A program made the position numbers and the translations under genes. This document shows, in pieces, positions 1-12,728 of a DNA stretch of 64,000 bases. The DNA is from Anthoceros angustus (Eukaryota; Plantae; Anthocerotophyta), in contig MU008159.1 of NCBI GenBank assembly GCA_010909165.1, forward strand, positions 124,001 through 188,000, given 5' to 3'. Below the pieces are notes generated by a model. That model made no database searches, was not told where the DNA came from, and saw nothing but the letters and a program-made list of their open reading frames with translations. The first letter of the stretch is position 1. The number at the start of each line of letters is the position of its first letter.

Positions 1-3000
1 CGCTACCTAGTCCGGAGTTTGCCCGAAGATGCGGCGATCAACAAGGAGGTCCGATCCAAGAACCTCCGGAGGACGAGGCGATGGACCTTGAGGTCCCGAG
101 GATGGCCTACAACCAAGGAGGAAGAAAGCGAGCCCCTTAAGGCGAAGGAAGATAGGGACCCGCGCCGCGAGGCTCGAACGCAGGGACAACCAACGGATGG
201 TTGATATCCGATCCGCCGACAGTAAGGGCGGTAGCCCATCATTGTCCATTGAACTCGCCACCAAGGTGGATCACCTTGGTGATAACTGCTGGTATTCTCG
301 CATGCGCCCCGGGAAGAGAGCGACGGGAAGGATTATCTTCGCCTGTCGCCAGAGGCACGCAAGCTAAGGAGCGAGAAGCCTCGCCATCGGTGACCCCATA
401 CCGATTCATGTATGGGGACATTTCGAGCTCAAGGAGGGAGAGCTTGAGCGGCGCCAAGGGGCCGGAGGCCCCGCTGTAAGTAGAGCGTGCAAGGGCGCCT
501 GAGGTGGGGGTCGCCCTTCAAGACCAAGGACTCGGAGGAGGACGATCGAGGATTCCATACGTCGTGAGCGAACCCCTCACCACCTGTGGAAGTTTGGGAG
601 GCGATTCCCCTTCCTCCTTTTGGTGCCCTCCGAGCAAGGCACAGGAGGGAGCGATGCCGGAGGGCGCATGGCCCGCACCGGCTGACAACAGCAACAACCA
701 CGACGGCCGAGCCCGACGAACTCAGGGAGCCAAGAGGCGGAAGACGGTGCCGCTTACCAACGCCTCAAGGTGCCGGATTCTTACCCCGCCACCTGAGTGG
801 CAAGAGGTCAAGAGGCAAGGAGGCGTAAAGGACGTGGCCAAGGAGCAGGAGGTCACCGCGCACCCCGAGCCGGCCCTGCCCCCTGTGAAGGGGCAAAAGA
901 GCTTGCTCCCGACCCTCACCTCCTCCCCTGGAGAAAGAGGGCACAAAGGAGTTAGAGGCCAAGAGGCCAAGAGGGTGAGACTGACCACCACTGTGACCCG
1001 AGGGTCCCGATTAGGTCCGAGAACCCACCGACTTACTCCGGATCGGTATGGAGGTCCTTGGCGGATCGAGAAATGCCGGCTCCACTACGGACTTTGTGGG
1101 GGCCTCAGTGGCCGTGGAAGAAACACGGCGAGTCAGCTACCGTCATGGACGGAATGCTTTGGGGTCTCGTAGTACGTGGAGAAGACCCGGAGTGGAGGCC
1201 ACCCGAGGAGGATGGATGGTGGAACCCAAGAGCAAGTGCGGAGGGCAAAGGAAAAGGCGGAGTCCTCGCCGGATCGAGGAAGGGAAACGCCGGTGGCGGA
1301 GCGAGGCCCCGCGGTTCAGCAGACTTTAAGGTTCTTCACAGGCGCAAGCAAGCCTGGAGGCCCAAGCTGGAGGACCTTGCAGCGAAGAGGGAAGCGCAGC
1401 AGAGGCGGAAGAGGCCCGGCACAAGCAGAGAGCTCGGACGGAGGCGGCCGGCCAGAGCCGCCAAGGGCGATAAAGGCGGCGAAGGAGCCAAGCCGCAAGA
1501 GCGACCGGATCACTACACGTGATCGAACCGTGGAGAGTCAGCAGTACCGAGGCTAACTCAAGGCCGCACAAAGGCTATGGAGGCAGGGCCAAGACGGGAG
1601 ATAGAGGATCTCCGAGTACCCAGGAGGTAGAAGGAGGCGGCAGATGGAGGATGCAAGGACACGCCGGAGCTACAACCCAAGATGCGCTTGAGCAAAGCAG
1701 TGATTCTCAACGAGAGAATCCACCTCGAGGAAATAGAGCCCCTCCGTCTCAAGACGGAGGAAAATCGCGACTATCCAAGGAGTTGGACGCTGCTGTGCTG
1801 CTGTATGAGCCGGAGGAAGTCCCGAGGACGAGGTATCCGACCGGAGAGGGAGTGAGCTAAAGGCCGTAATGAACGGAGGAGCGAGCATCGGAAGGTAAAA
1901 GAAGCCGCCGTCCAGAGAAAGGCGGCGGGAACGGGCCATGGCGGTAAGTCATGGAAGGAAACGACGGAGCCGGAGGCGGAGCAACAGCACTGCAGGAGGT
2001 GACCGAGGCCGCCTTGTAGCCTCGCGCCCACCCAACCGGCAGGAGAGTGTGGCCCAACAAGCCGAGCAAGACGCCTCAACACTTATGGGAGGGAGTATCG
2101 GTGCCCGCACACGTGGAAGAGGCAATTCAACAAGTCGATCTGACTTTGCCTATTACCACCGAGCCCTCAAGGCGAGAAGCCTCGACGCCACCGCAGACGG
2201 ACGGACCGGAAGGCTCAAGGAGATGAAGGCCAGGGGACAAGACAGGACCCTAGTGGCCTGCTTGGAGATGACGGAGCGCGAGAGGAGCAACCGAGGAGGG
2301 GAACGAGGAGCGCGGATGCGATCGAGGTAAGCACCCGCACCTCACCATGGAAGGAGGGCCAAGGAGTCACCCGGCGATCGGGAACAGGAGGACTTCGAGG
2401 GAGAGCCACGGAGGAGTCCCGTGAGGGAGGAAACCCGGTGGGCGAGTCCGGACTTTGTCCGACCTGAGGCCGACCAAGTCCGACCAGTAAGTGACTCAAG
2501 TCCGGAGGAATAAGTCCGACTCCCAAATAACCGACCCCGAGGTCCGGACCCCTGCAGACCGGACCCAGCCCGGACCCCAGAATGCCGACTCTCAAGTTCG
2601 AGTCGAGACAGACCTCGAGGACCGGAAGAAGGAGGAGCCCCTTCGACTTACGCTTAGGGGAGCCGAGTGGCCCCACCGGGGACCTGTGGAGGCCGGAGGA
2701 TGACGCCGGTAACGGCGTCTGATCACCGCCAGAGCCCAACCCGGCTGTGATTCCGGGAGAGGAGGGCCCGCCACGGATCATCCGATTGGGTGCACCACAA
2801 CCGCTGTGACGGGGATTGACCACCCATTCCGAGGCGGGCAGGACCTTCCCACCCACGGGAGATAGAGGATCTCAAATGCAGTGGGAGGTAGAAGAGGCGG
2901 CGGCGGATGGAGGCAGCAAGGACAGCTGGGCTACAACTCAAGATCGTCGGCGGCGGTGATTCTCAGCGAGAGAATCCACGACCTCGAGCACGAAGCAGTG

Positions 3001-4760
3001 CCTCTCGGCTCGTCCGAAGGCGGAGGAAAATCGGCGACTATCGAGGTTGGGCGTTGCGGGCTCTGAAGGAGGCTGGAGGAAGTCGGTCGGACGGAGTGTC
3101 AGCTGGAGGGGCGGAGCTAAAGGCGAGAATGAGCGGAGGCCCAGCTGAGCGAAAAGGCTGGTCCAGTGAGAAAGGCGGAAGAGCTGCGCTATGGCGGATG
3201 GTGGCGATGGAGAAAGGAAGCAGAGGCTGGGCGGTGAGCAATGGCGGTACGAGGAGGAGCCGCCTTGTAGCCTCGCGTGTCTGACCCGGCTCCGGTCAAA
3301 TCCTGGCGAGAGGTGGCCCAACAAGCCGGCGGCCGCCCGGCTCCGGAACACTTATGGCGGAGGGAGTATGCTCGGGCACCGTGGAAGAGGCAATTCAACA
3401 AGTCGATTCGGACTTTGCCTATTACCCAGAGCTCTGAAGGCGATGAAGCCTCTCGGCGGCTGAGCAGACGGACCCTGGAAGGCTCGAGAAGGAGATGAAG
3501 GCCACGGGGCCACAGGGACCCTAGTGGCCTGTTTGAAGATAGCGAGGCGGAGGAGCAAGGCGAGCGAGGAGGCGGCGGATCTGAGGTAAGCACCCGCACC
3601 TCACCATGGAAGGAGGGGCGAAGAGTCACTCAGGCGATCGGGAGCAGTGGGAGGACTTGAGGGAGAGCCACGGAGGTCCGTGAGGAGAAACCGGGTGGGC
3701 GTGAGTCGGACTTTGTCCGGACCCGGAGGCCGGACCACAGTCGGACCTCGGTGTCCGGACCACGAAGTCCGGACCCGATAAGTCCGGACCACGAGTCGGA
3801 CCCGTCATCCGGACCACGAGGTCGGACCCAGCAAGGTCGGACCTGGCCGGCGGACCGAAATGCGGACTCACGAAGTTGGAGTCGAGGCAGACCTCGAGGC
3901 CGGGCTGCGGATGGAGGCCCCCGACTTACGCTAGGGGGATGGTGGTGGCCCGGCGAAGGACCGAGGAGGAGGCGAGGAGGATGGCGTCGTGTGGCGGTTG
4001 TCGAACCGCCCGGTATGTGACGAGTTGGGAGAGGAGGGCCCGCCTCACGGATCATCCGATTGGGTGCACCTGTCGGGACGAGTTGGACCACCCATTCGGG
4101 GGCCAGGACCTTGACCAGTCGGCGAAGGAGATAGGGGATAATGGTAGGCGGCCGATTAGGGTATCTGGGCTGGCTTTCGAATAGGGGTGTAATAAAGGCG
4201 CCACCTTGGGCGCAGATAAGAGGGCCGAGGCCGCCTAGTAAAGCATCTTTCTTGGTGTTGATGCCGCTCTGCGCACCTTGTGAGTCTTCTTGCTAACGTG
4301 AGTCCCGAGTCACCGAAAGGTGCACGCCGGGAGATTGATCAAGGTCCCGTGACGGACTTAACGCTGTGTGTGTGTGGAAGGGTGATCGGTGATCCGTGCT
4401 CGCCCGAGCCGCGTCCGACACGAACGACTGAACGCGTGAGCCGGAGGAACTCCGGAGGGTGTAGAGCCCGGACGGAGGCCCGAACGACGGAGGAGGTCCG
4501 GATCACAGAACCGCGCGCCTTTTCTAAGATCAAGAGTGTAGCGTGAGAGAGAGGAAAGGACGGATGCGTGAAGGATGTATGTGAACGATACGGACGCGAA
4601 CGGGTCTTAAACGCTTGGCCATACCGGCTCAGACGGTGAACGCCAGAGTAGTTAGTAGGTGTGTGAGTTGGAGACCGAACGAGCGCTAAGGACGGTAAGA
4701 ATCACCAAACGCGGTAAACGGGCCTATCATTCCCTTGGGAACTGACTTCTTCCTACAACG
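1..4760 (+). mobile_element. Probable LTR-retrotransposon remnant (3' internal region with diverged tandem units, then putative PPT and LTR start)
   Basis: GC- and purine-rich sequence with no recognisable protein. Purine tract GAATAGGGG (4179-4187) is directly followed by TGTAA at 4188, as at a PPT/3'-LTR junction. No matching second LTR was found in the window. Confidence 0.3.
1594..4115. repeat. Two diverged ~1.26 kb direct-repeat units
   Basis: ACGGGAGATAGAGGATCTC at 1594 and 2855; GGAGGGCCCG..CACGGATCATCCGATTGGGTGCACC at 2761 and 4033; GGTAAGCACCCGCACCTCACCATGGAAGGAGGG in both units. Many substitutions separate the copies. Confidence 0.8.
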
Positions 4761-7359
4761 ACACGGATTGTGGCGCGCCTACCGCCATCAAGAAAAGTCC
4801 CGCCAGAGGAAAAGGGGAACTACTCCAATAGGAAACCTTCCATGGTGGACGATGAAGAGTGGGAAGATGCCTTAGCATGGGCAACGACGAAGCTGAAAAG
4901 GAACGGCCGCTTTCACCATCCAAGCATGAAATAGCAGCAAGGAGAGACTAGCGAAATGGCGGTATGGGTCCAAACCCGTGGGGAAAGGGAGGTCGGACAG
5001 CCGGTGTTGCGTTTCACAACTATGGCACGATCCCGCAGATGACGAGGCAGCGTATGGCATGCTAGAGGAACGACAAACATGGAAGGGCCGGGGCCCGCGA
5101 AGGGGCGATTCGGGTGCCGAGTTCCTCGACGTGAGGGAGGCAAAGTATGGACGAACCCACTAGATGCGTGAGATTGCCGTGATAACGCGGAAAGGATCTG
5201 GTCAAGGATGATATAGAGTTGGAGAAGGATCCCGATCTCGTGGCCTTCCAAGGAGGAGGATAGTGGAATGGGTCAATCCTTCCCACGCGGGGCGCTAGAT
5301 GTGAGGCGGAAGCCATTCGAGTCAGCAGTAGGGAGCCACAAGCATGTGGTGGAGAAAACGCGCACAAATGTGCGTGAAGGAAGGACGAATGGCGTGGGAG
5401 AAGAAGGCGTGGAACCCGACATGGAGAGGGACGCCACGAGGTGAACGATCAACCATGGAGGACAGACATCAAGGTGTGGTAGGCCATGGAGCACCAAATG
5501 ATGTAACAAAAACAGGTGCGACCGGCGAGAGAAGGAAACGCTTACACTGGGGCAAACTCGTGATAAGCAAAGGGCAGCTGTGGGCAGATCCGACATCGCC
5601 GACATGGCGAGGCGATGAGGTGGTGGTCCACGACACCACGAACGGCCGTGGTTGGGCGTAACATAGCAAGGTCATGATCGAGAGGGGGCATGGTGCCGGG
5701 TGCCTCGAAAACGGGGCAACGAAGAACATGGTAGGGAGAGGGGCGCCACCGAAGTGAGTTGTACATGGGGCTGTGTACACATCCGTGGAATGGCGATGCG
5801 CGGACATCAAGGCCGGTAGTGGCGCAACAGATGGGCGTGATGGACAATGGAGGCGTGAGGGGGACCGTGGGGTGACGACATGTGCGCAATGGTGCTGCGT
5901 TGCCATCAGTAGGCGGGGCAGGCGGAGGCGGATGTAGAGACATCTGTCACGGGGATCCAGTGACCTCCAATGGATGATCGACGGCCACGACATGGTGACG
6001 ATGAGGAAGAGCACAGGAGGTGGCGGAAGAGGATGGAGATGTGAACGCCTGCGAACTTTGTACCCGACACATACCGCCGAGCCGATGCCGAGAGCATGGA
6101 CCGCATGGGCTCAAAAGGTGACGCAACCTATGGAGGATGGAGGAGGCCGGAAGAGGAAAGGAAGGGAATGCCCGCAAGGCGATGGGGAAGGAAGAGTTAC
6201 ACGGCCGAGGGGGCAGCCAAGGAACGTGACAAGCACCTTGTGGGAGGCGTGAAGTGGGCGGAAACAAAACAAAGAGAAGGCCGAGAAGGTAAGCTCGCAA
6301 ATTGCAATCGCACTCGCCACCGCTTGTGCTTACAGGGCCATGGGAATGGCATGTGGTCATATGTTCTTGCGAGAAATCCAGGAAGCAGTGGAATCGCGCG
6401 GAGTAGCAGACGAAGGAAAAACCAGCACCGCTTGAGGAAGGAAGGGCAAAATAAACAGTGAGGTGCCACGGTTCGCCTGCTCGACGAGGAGTAGGCCTTC
6501 ACCGAAACGAACGGGCGGGCAACAGAATGCCAACCACAATTCACCTCCGGTGAGGAGACTAGAGGTCGCGGATGGAGATTGCGGTTCATTCCTCGCGACG
6601 AGTGAGCACGGACACCGCGGATGCGGATGCCGGTAGATTCATCCCGCTACCGAGGGAGGACGCCAATTTTGGATGTGGATGCGGCAAAGAACCGCATGTT
6701 ATCCGTAGGGTGTGAAACTACGCCTTCGTTGTTCTTGTGGTGCGGGTTTCCAAAACAAGTACCCTATACGGGGGACGCCCACAAGGGCACGAAATACGAG
6801 TGACGTGAAAGGCACTGCAGCGAATAGGGTGGAAACGAACGCGCGTAAAATTTGCAGGCCGCACCGTATTGCAAAACGGAGTGGACAAATACGAATACCA
6901 CTTGTACGTGTACAGAATTTGAAAAGGCATCGTATATAAATTTGAGTAATGACATCGGGCAATACGTACCTGGAAGCCAAGGCATATTATATACTTATAG
7001 TCCGTACACGACAATAAATAAAGGCAGGGAAACAAAGGAATGAAAGCAATAATGGCAAACCCACATGGGAAGGAGGTTCGCACCAAGCCTCGCAAAATCA
7101 ACATAAGAGGGTGTAACACTTTGGTTGTTGCAAATATGTTGAAATTTTGAAAGGGCCAAATACCGCCTCTCACTACAATGCAACAAAATTGCAACAAGAC
7201 TGTGAACGCTGATTAAGATGGAGGGTTGGTTACCAAGCTCGACTGTAATAAGGGCCAAATAAGTGTAACAAGACCCCAAGATTTCAACATAATTGCAACA
7301 TGGGGGGGTTCAAATCTTAACAAAAAGTGTAACATAGGGGGCCATTTCTAGTAGGGTAG

Positions 7360-7399
7360 GGCACTAACAACTTATTTCATCAAATAAGTTGTTAGTGCC
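7360..7399. repeat. Perfect 18-bp inverted repeat with 4-nt loop
   Basis: GGCACTAACAACTTATTT-catc-AAATAAGTTGTTAGTGCC read directly. Confidence 0.9.
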
Positions 7400-8577
7400 T
7401 TAAGTTTATGTATACTTTAAATTATCTATAAAGTCTTGAAATTCACAAAACAAAAAATCTTAGGTGAGATAATATTAGACCGAAACAGCACTTGATTGCG
7501 GATAGTATGTGGTGTAGGATACAACAAGCCTAGAAAGTCGTACCTTATAACGCACCAGTAGACAGTTGAGCTGAACGAAAGTACTGCCGCCTTTGAAAAT
7601 TATGTGTGCGCCATCGTTTAAACAGGTTATGTCATATTATATTTGACGTGGGTAGCGATGGCATGAGTTCACGCGTTTCGTTACACATGGTTGTATGCCA
7701 ACAGCAGGCGAGATCCGGCAGTCTCACATTTCTGGCATGGAAGGTAAGGTTCACGTATCCTGTTCGACTCCGGACTCTGCAGTCTAGAGCACTGCCAGTA
7801 ATGGAAAAGCCTGGATGTGGGGACCATTTGAGAGTCCAACTGACCCATCGCTGCCATCAAGGCAGCTTGATTTCCCCGCCTCGCCGCCTAGCGCCTAGCA
7901 TCCAAATCTTTCCTCTCAATGCACTCTTGCAGGAGACTGTAGAGGCATCTTGAAGGAGGGAGAAGGCAGATGACCACCTTGCAATTGCTCAGTTTTTCTC
8001 CGCCAAGAACTTCGGAAAGAAGTACTACCATACAGCTCCCGCAGACGATATCGCCTGCCTAGACGTCTAGAGCTGTCACGCTGAATCTCATCGTTGCTTG
8101 TGCCAAGTACTCATGCCAACCCACAGTGGATTATTATTGCAGTGATCGTTTAAAGAGCATGCTTGGTTGCAATGTCTACTGCATATCTAGCACATTCTGT
8201 GGCAGTGAGCCCGGAGAACCCATGCACGCCTCAGACCATGCCGCCATGTCTTTGCACATACTCATTTGGGCGCCTCCTCGCCGTGTTGTGTGATCGTTAG
8301 CACCTATGTAACCCTCGACTGATGCGCCCTAACCCGCCGCACGTCAAAACAAGGTCGAGACCCTAAACCCTAGGGTTAGGGTTATACTAATGAAGGCGCC
8401 AATATGCTAGCACCCTATGCTCTTATGGAGATAGCCTAATTAGAACAAAGGATTTCCGCTTGGGCGCCAGCATTCCTACGCCTTGTCACCATCATTTCAA
8501 ATGATTTGGACACAAAAGTTACATCCCATTCTGATGGATTGCTAAGCGCAGAAGCAGGAGCTTTTGAAGTGCCGTGT

Positions 8578-11004
8578 TTAATGTGAATAAGTGACAGGAT
8601 AAAAACTACCAAGCGGCGGCAACTTTCTCAAAACCGGCAAAGTCGGCTCGAGCGAGTTGGTGACAAAGTCGGCTCGAGCGAGTTGGTGACAAAGTCGGCT
8701 CGAGCGAGTTGGTGACAAAGTCGGCTCGAGCGAGTTGGTGACAAAGTCGGCTCGAGCGAGTTGGTGACAAAGTCGGCTCGGCGAGTTGGTGACAAAGTCG
8801 GCTCGAGCGAGTTGGTGATGAAAGTCGCTCGAGCGAGTTGGTGACAAAGTCGGCTCGAGCGAGTTGGTGACAAAGTCGGCTCAGCGAGTTGACAAAGTCG
8901 GCTCGAGGCGAGTTGGTGATAAAGTCGGCTCGAGGTTGGTGACAAAGTCGCTCGAGCGAGTTGGTGACAAAGTCGCTCGAGCGAGTTGGTGACAAAGTCG
9001 GCTCAGCGAGTTGACAAAGTCGGCTCGAGCGAGTTGGTGACAAAGTCGAGCGAGTTGGTGATAAAGTCTCGAGCGAGTTGGTGACAAAGTCGGCTCGAGC
9101 GAGTTGGTGACAAAGTCGGCTCGAAAGCGAGTTGGTGACAAAGTCGGCTCGGCGAGTTGGTGATAAAGTCGGCTCGAGCGAGTTGGTGACAAAGTCGGCT
9201 CGAGCGAGTTAAAGTCGGCGAAGTTGGTGACAAAGTCGGCTCGAGCGAGTTGGTGACAAAGTCGGCTCGAGCGAAGGTGACAAAGTCGAGCGAGTTGGTG
9301 ACAAGTCGGCTCGAGCGAGTTGGTGACAAAGTCGGCTCGAGCGAGGTGTCGGCTCGAGCGAGTTGGTGACAAAGTCGGCTCGAGCGAGTTGGTGACAAAG
9401 TCGGCTCGAGCGAAGTTGGTGACAAAAGTCCGAGCGAGTTGGTGATAAAGCTCGGCTCGAGTTTCGCTCGAGCGAGTTGGTGATAAAGTCGGCTCGAGCG
9501 AGTTGGTGACAAAGTCGGCTCAGCGAGTTGGTGACAAAGTCGGCTCGAGCGAGTTGGTGACAAAGTCGGCGAAAGGAAGTTGGTGACAAAGTCGCTCGAG
9601 CGAAGTTGGTGATGAAAGTCGGCTCGAGCGAGTTGGTGACAAAGTCGCTCGGCGAGTTGGTGACAAAGTCGGCTCGGCGAGTTGGTGACAAAGTCTCGAG
9701 CGAGTTGGTGACAAAGTCGGCTCGAGCGAGTTGGTGACAAAGTCGGCGAGTTGACAAAGTCTCGAGCGAAGTTGGTGACAAAGTCGAGCGAGTTGGTGAC
9801 AAAGTCGGCTCGAGCGAAGTTGGTGATGAAAGTCGGCTCGAGCGAGTTGGTGACAAAGTCGGCGAGTTGGTGACAAAGTCGCTCGAGCGAGTTGGTGACA
9901 AAGTCGGCTCGAGCGAAGCAGGATAGCCCGCCGAGCGAGTTGGTGACAAAAGCCTACCGAGCGAAGTTGGTGACAAAGTCGGCGAAGCAGGACAAAGTCG
10001 GCTCGAGGCGAGTTACGAAAGTCGGCTCGAGCGAGTTGGTGACAAAGTCGGCTCGAGCGAAGTTGGTGACAAAGTCGGCTCGAGCGAAGTTGGTGACAGT
10101 CGGCCGAGCGAAGTTGGTGACAGTCGCTCGAGCGAGTTGGTGACAAAGTCGGCTCGAGCGAAGTTGGTGACAAAGCTCGGCGAGTTGGTGACAAAGTCGC
10201 TCGGTTGAGTTGGTGACAAAGTCGGCTCGAAAGCGAGTTGGTGACAAAGTCGGCCGAGCGAAGTTGGTGACAAAGTCGGCTCGAGCGAGTTGGTGACAAA
10301 GTCGGCTCGAGCGAAGGTGACAAAGTCGGCTCGAGCGAGTTGGTGACAAAGTCGGCTCGAGCGAGTTGGTGACAAAGTCGGCGAAAGGAAGTTGGTGACA
10401 AAGTCTCGAGCGAGTGCATAAAGTCGGCTCGAGCGAGTTGGTGACAAAGTCGGCTCGAGCGAGTTGGTGCACTCGTCTGCGGACGCGGGGCCCCACGGAT
10501 CTGGATACTTGTCCAAGCCTGTTGCCAAAATCGCTGGCGAAGCTGGAGAAGAGAAGAAGGGAGGAGACGAGACGAAGGGCGATGGAGGCGATGGAGGAGC
10601 TGGAGGTGATGGAGGTAATGGTAGCGACGGAGGCAATGGAGGCGATGGAGGAAATGGAGGCAATGGAGGGAATGGAGGCGATGGAGGGAATGGAGGCGAT
10701 GGAGGGAATGGAGGCGATGGAGGCGATGGAGGTGGTGATGGAGGCGGCGATTGAGGTGGCCAAGAAGGTGCCGATGGAGAAGAGATTGGGAACGACACCG
10801 CTCCAGGGCCACCACAGACTCGATAGTTGTGCGACAGGCATGCAAATCCTATCGTACAACAAAGAGAATTTCTTTTGGTTTTTTAGCGAATTAAAAATAT
10901 TAGATATTTCAAGTATACATCGAAGTCCTGTATGAGAACCCACGAGAATTATGGAATAACAAAGCACCAACAACTAGCAGAAACTTTAACATGGAGAGCC
11001 GCAT
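8578..11004 (-). CDS. Putative secreted hydroxyproline-rich/mucin-like glycoprotein: signal peptide, SPP-rich domain, ~70 x PTSLEPTLS repeat
   Basis: Exon 1 (11004-10944) encodes MRLSMLKFLLVVGALLFHNS. A GTGGGT...ATAG intron (10943-10849, 95 bp) splices in frame to ...FACLSHNYRVCGGPGAVSFPISSPSAPSWPPQSPPPSPP. The 27-bp repeat variant reads PTSLEPTLS. The C-terminus LEPTLPVLRKLPPLGSFYPVTYSH* ends at 8578. The frame through the repeat is broken by many indels. Confidence 0.6.
8638..10469. repeat. Tandem minisatellite, 26/27-bp unit GACAAAGTCGGCTCGAGCGA(A)GTTGGT, about 70 copies
   Basis: Period of 26 read directly (8641 to 8667). The 27-bp variant with an extra A is more frequent from ~9.2 kb onward. 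Many 1-3 bp deletions. Confidence 0.97.
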
Positions 11005-11580
11005 TGAGATTTTAATATGGAGTACCAACGGACTAACAACTGGCTGGCGCACAGGGTACAAAGCAGTGCTTTGTACCCTGCGCGCCAATGAGGACAATGA
11101 TGCTAAAAAAAGATAAGGCGCTAACAATGGGGAATGTGAAGACTTTGAATAGACACACTAATAATTGAGATTTTGATATAAAGTAACTCATAAGGCACTA
11201 ATAACTGGAATTTTAATATGGAGTAACCCGTAATGCACTAACAATTAAGTTATGACCTACAATTGTGATTTAGAATAACCTCGAAATGAGATTTTGATAA
11301 GGAGTAACCTGGTAAGACACTAATAACTAAAATTTTGATGTGGAATAATCCTGTAAAAAATTTTGATTGGTGTAACCCTGTAAGACACTAGCAATGGGAT
11401 TTTAATATGGAGTAACCCCCTAAGGCACTAACAATTTAAAGCACTAACACTTGGTGCTCAGAACTGAGATTTTGATTTGGATGGGATTTTGTTTTGAAAT
11501 AACACCGTAAAGCATTAACAATTGTAGAAACTAACACATAGGATTTTGTTATGAAATAACACCGTAAAGCATTAACAATT
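11005..11580. repeat. Degenerate ~40-bp repeat array (GAGATTTTRATATGGAGTAACCC-TAAGGCACTAACAAT-like)
   Basis: Roughly ten recognisable imperfect copies between 11005 and 11580. Confidence 0.65.
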
Positions 11581-12728
11581 GGCGACCCCGCACACTCCGA
11601 CAACGAGGGCATGAAGTTTATAATTGGTAGCCCATAGGGCCATGAAGTTGGAGATAGATAACACCCCATCCCAATAATACCCATCCTAAGCACATTTAAG
11701 TGTGGAGTTCTAATGTGCTTTTTAAGTATGGAGTTCCATGGGTGGATGTCACTCCTTGAAGGGAGGGCATTTTGAATCAATACTATATACAATAAATATC
11801 ACTACTTTGAAGTACCAGAATCTCCTGCCTGAGTCCTCTTTGCATTCACAATCCGTGGAACTTGATTGACTGTTGGGCTTGACGCACGGACGGCCCGAAA
11901 CCACGGTTTTGAGAGGATTTTTCGGGCTGCCGACTATTGGCTGCAACTGCACAGGTTCTGGGTGTTTTTTGTGCGAGATATATCTCGCAGAATTGTGAGA
12001 TGGGGTTTGAGGCCGAGGTTTCTCCCTCCAGACACAGCAGGGTAGCACAAGGTATTTTCATCTTGTCCTACTTCACTTCTAAATTCTTTCACGAGTAACG
12101 ACTTCAGGGCCGATTTTGATCCCCATGACACCCTATTGTAAACATGTCGAAGGGGTTCGGTATGGGCATTAGCAAGCCGGCGCCAACCACCATATCTAGA
12201 CAGGTATTGCTCCTCTATAGGGCGCCGGCATGCCGACGTCCTTAGATATGTTTTCTGTGAGCGCCGATGTGCATGCGTCTACGTTAACATTAGGGCTTAC
12301 AACCACTTATCGTGCACCCATGCACATTATGACTTACATACATTAGGCCATGTGTCGCTTGCTTGCGCCAGAGAATGAGAAAGAACACATCACCTTTGAC
12401 ACTTCCGATGACAACACAAAAATGGTGTCCTGCTCACAAAGATGGTGTCCAACACACAAAACTCATGTTCATTTGCTATGACCTCCGTAGAAAAATAGTT
12501 GTGGCCTGCAGTGAGCTCGAGAATAGGGAAGAAACTTGGCTGTGTCATTTCTCTCTTCACCGTTCCGATTCCAGTACAATTTGCGATCATGAATATTAGG
12601 GCATGGGTAATTTCAAACTGCGTACTTAGAAAACCGTTGAAATTTGAAAATAATTTCCATGATTTTGAGTCCAAGATTACGAAGTATTAGAATAAGGGGA
12701 TTTGAAACCGAACCAATTATCTATCACT

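Noticed and set aside
3-4184. Many overlapping 60-220 aa ORFs on both strands
   Set aside because: Expected in GC-rich repeat DNA. No recognisable domain, and the duplicated units do not conserve a reading frame.
4760-6700. Possible degenerate pol or chromodomain remnants and a PBS-like TGGCGCGCC at ~4771
   Set aside because: Only vague motif resemblance in stop-riddled frames; cannot be supported without a profile search.
8638-10469. CRISPR-like array
   Set aside because: No unique spacers, eukaryotic context, and no cas genes.
10414-10935. Plus-strand Gly-rich (GDGGNGG) and MEAMEG-repeat ORFs
   Set aside because: Antisense mirrors of the Pro-rich minus-strand frame, which alone has signal-peptide and splice support.
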